From Coraliomargaritaceae bacterium (GTDB lineage: Bacteria; Verrucomicrobiota; Verrucomicrobiia; Opitutales; Coraliomargaritaceae): 64,000 nt of DNA. The stretch spans positions 64,001 through 128,000 of the forward strand of contig CBFHKU010000003.1 in the NCBI GenBank assembly GCA_965656495.1, in the 5' to 3' direction. Below, one piece after another: positions 63,144 to 64,000 of the stretch. Positions within the stretch are counted from its first letter, which is position 1; each line of letters opens with the position of its first letter. A program made the position numbers and the translations under genes. The notes beneath the pieces were generated by a model. It worked only from the letters and a program-made list of their open reading frames with translations, did not search any database and was not told the DNA's origin.

Positions 63144-63205
63144 GGCGCGTTAGGAAAGCTTTAACTAATTGCGACAAGCGCTCGCTGGGTAAAGGAAAAA
63201 CGGAG

Positions 63206-63772
63206 CTAGAGCCGCTGACGGACCGCCTCGTAGAGGCAAACGCCGGCGGAGACGGAGACGTTGAGGCAATCGACTTTACCCGCCATAGGGATGCTGACGA
63301 GATGGTCACAGTGATCGGCGGTAACCTTGCGAATGCCCCATCCCTCGCTTCCAAGGACAAAGGCGGTCGGTTGCTGGAGGTCAACCGCGTAGAGGGCTCC
63401 AGTACCCCGGTCGGAGGTGCCGACGATTTGGAGGCCCTGATCCTTGAGTTTTCGAAGGAGGGCATTGATGTTCTTGACCTTGAGGAAAGGGACTTCATCG
63501 GCGCCGCCGCAGGAAATATCGCGAACCGTATGGGTGATCCCGCAGGAACCCTTCACGGGGGCGAGAATTGCGGTAACACCCGCGCCGGAGGCGGTGCGCA
63601 TGCAGGCCCCGAGATTGTGGGGATCCTGCACGCCCTCCAAAATAAGGAGGAGCGGATTTTCGGTGCGATCCAGCAAATCAAAAAGATCATCCTCCGTTTC
63701 AAGATGCACCACGGAGGCGGATTGGGAATAACGCGGGGGGCGTTTGATTTTGTGAACGGAATTGCGACCCAT
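63206..63772 (-). CDS. rlmB: SpoU/TrmH-family 2'-O-methyltransferase (short RlmB-like)
   Basis: QDPHNLGACMR, LGSEGWG, IPMAGKVDCLNVSVS. Confidence 0.8.
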   Translation of the reverse strand: MGRNSVHKIKRPPRYSQSASVVHLETEDDLFDLLDRTENPLLLILEGVQDPHNLGACMRTASGAGVTAILAPVKGSCGITHTVRDISCGGADEVPFLKVKNINALLRKLKDQGLQIVGTSDRGTGALYAVDLQQPTAFVLGSEGWGIRKVTADHCDHLVSIPMAGKVDCLNVSVSAGVCLYEAVRQRL

Positions 63773-63781
63773 AATGAGAAA

Positions 63782-64000
63782 CTACAAGAGCTCGGTCTGT
63801 TTTTTACTGTCGGGTTCGAGTCCGGTGAGTTGCCAGCCTTTTTCGGTTAGGACGCGGCCTTGGGCGGTGCGCTGGAGGTAACCCTCTTGGATAAGGAAGG
63901 GTTCGTGGACTTCTTCGAGGGTGTGGGCCTCTTCGCCGACTGCCACTGCCACCGTTCCGAGCCCGACCGGACCGCCGCGATAATTGGCGGCGATGACGCG
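63782..64000 (-). CDS. ruvB: Holliday junction helicase RuvB, C-terminal part (gene starts beyond the window)
   Basis: Manual translation [49 protein letters not shown]...; absent from the ORF track. Confidence 0.92.
   Translation of the reverse strand, partial: RVIAANYRGGPVGLGTVAVAVGEEAHTLEEVHEPFLIQEGYLQRTAQGRVLTEKGWQLTGLEPDSKKQTELL

Overview
Bacterial chromosomal segment; gene content and style suggest Verrucomicrobiota (Opitutales/Puniceicoccales-like), which is an inference and not established here. 1-21.3 kb is a lower-GC Wzx/Wzy-type surface-polysaccharide locus with an OafA-SGNH acyltransferase, FdtA/FdtB-type amino-sugar genes, a FemAB-like GNAT, three sulfotransferases, a CapK-like acyl-CoA ligase, WcaF, FkbM and seven glycosyltransferases. 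21.4-64 kb is higher-GC housekeeping DNA (zwf-opcA, a fused 2-oxoacid dehydrogenase, pyk, folE2, hisH, gltA, coaB, carA, two Kef-type antiporters, folC, accD, comF, truA, ruvC, mrdA-mreDCB, acnA, tyrS, rlmB, partial ruvB) interrupted by small inserts (four-helix-bundle gene, Doc-type and VapBC toxin-antitoxin pairs). The most unusual signal is non-coding: short-period (6, 7, 8 and 10 nt) degenerate micro-repeat arrays and an AACGCRGAG/CTCTGCGTT palindromic family that bracket small cargo genes, occur as empty arrays, and sit in frame inside polysaccharide genes. The main cluster (41-45.5 kb) coincides with a sharp, gene-orientation-independent flip in C/G strand bias. No rRNA, tRNA, CRISPR-cas, transposase or integrase was recognised.
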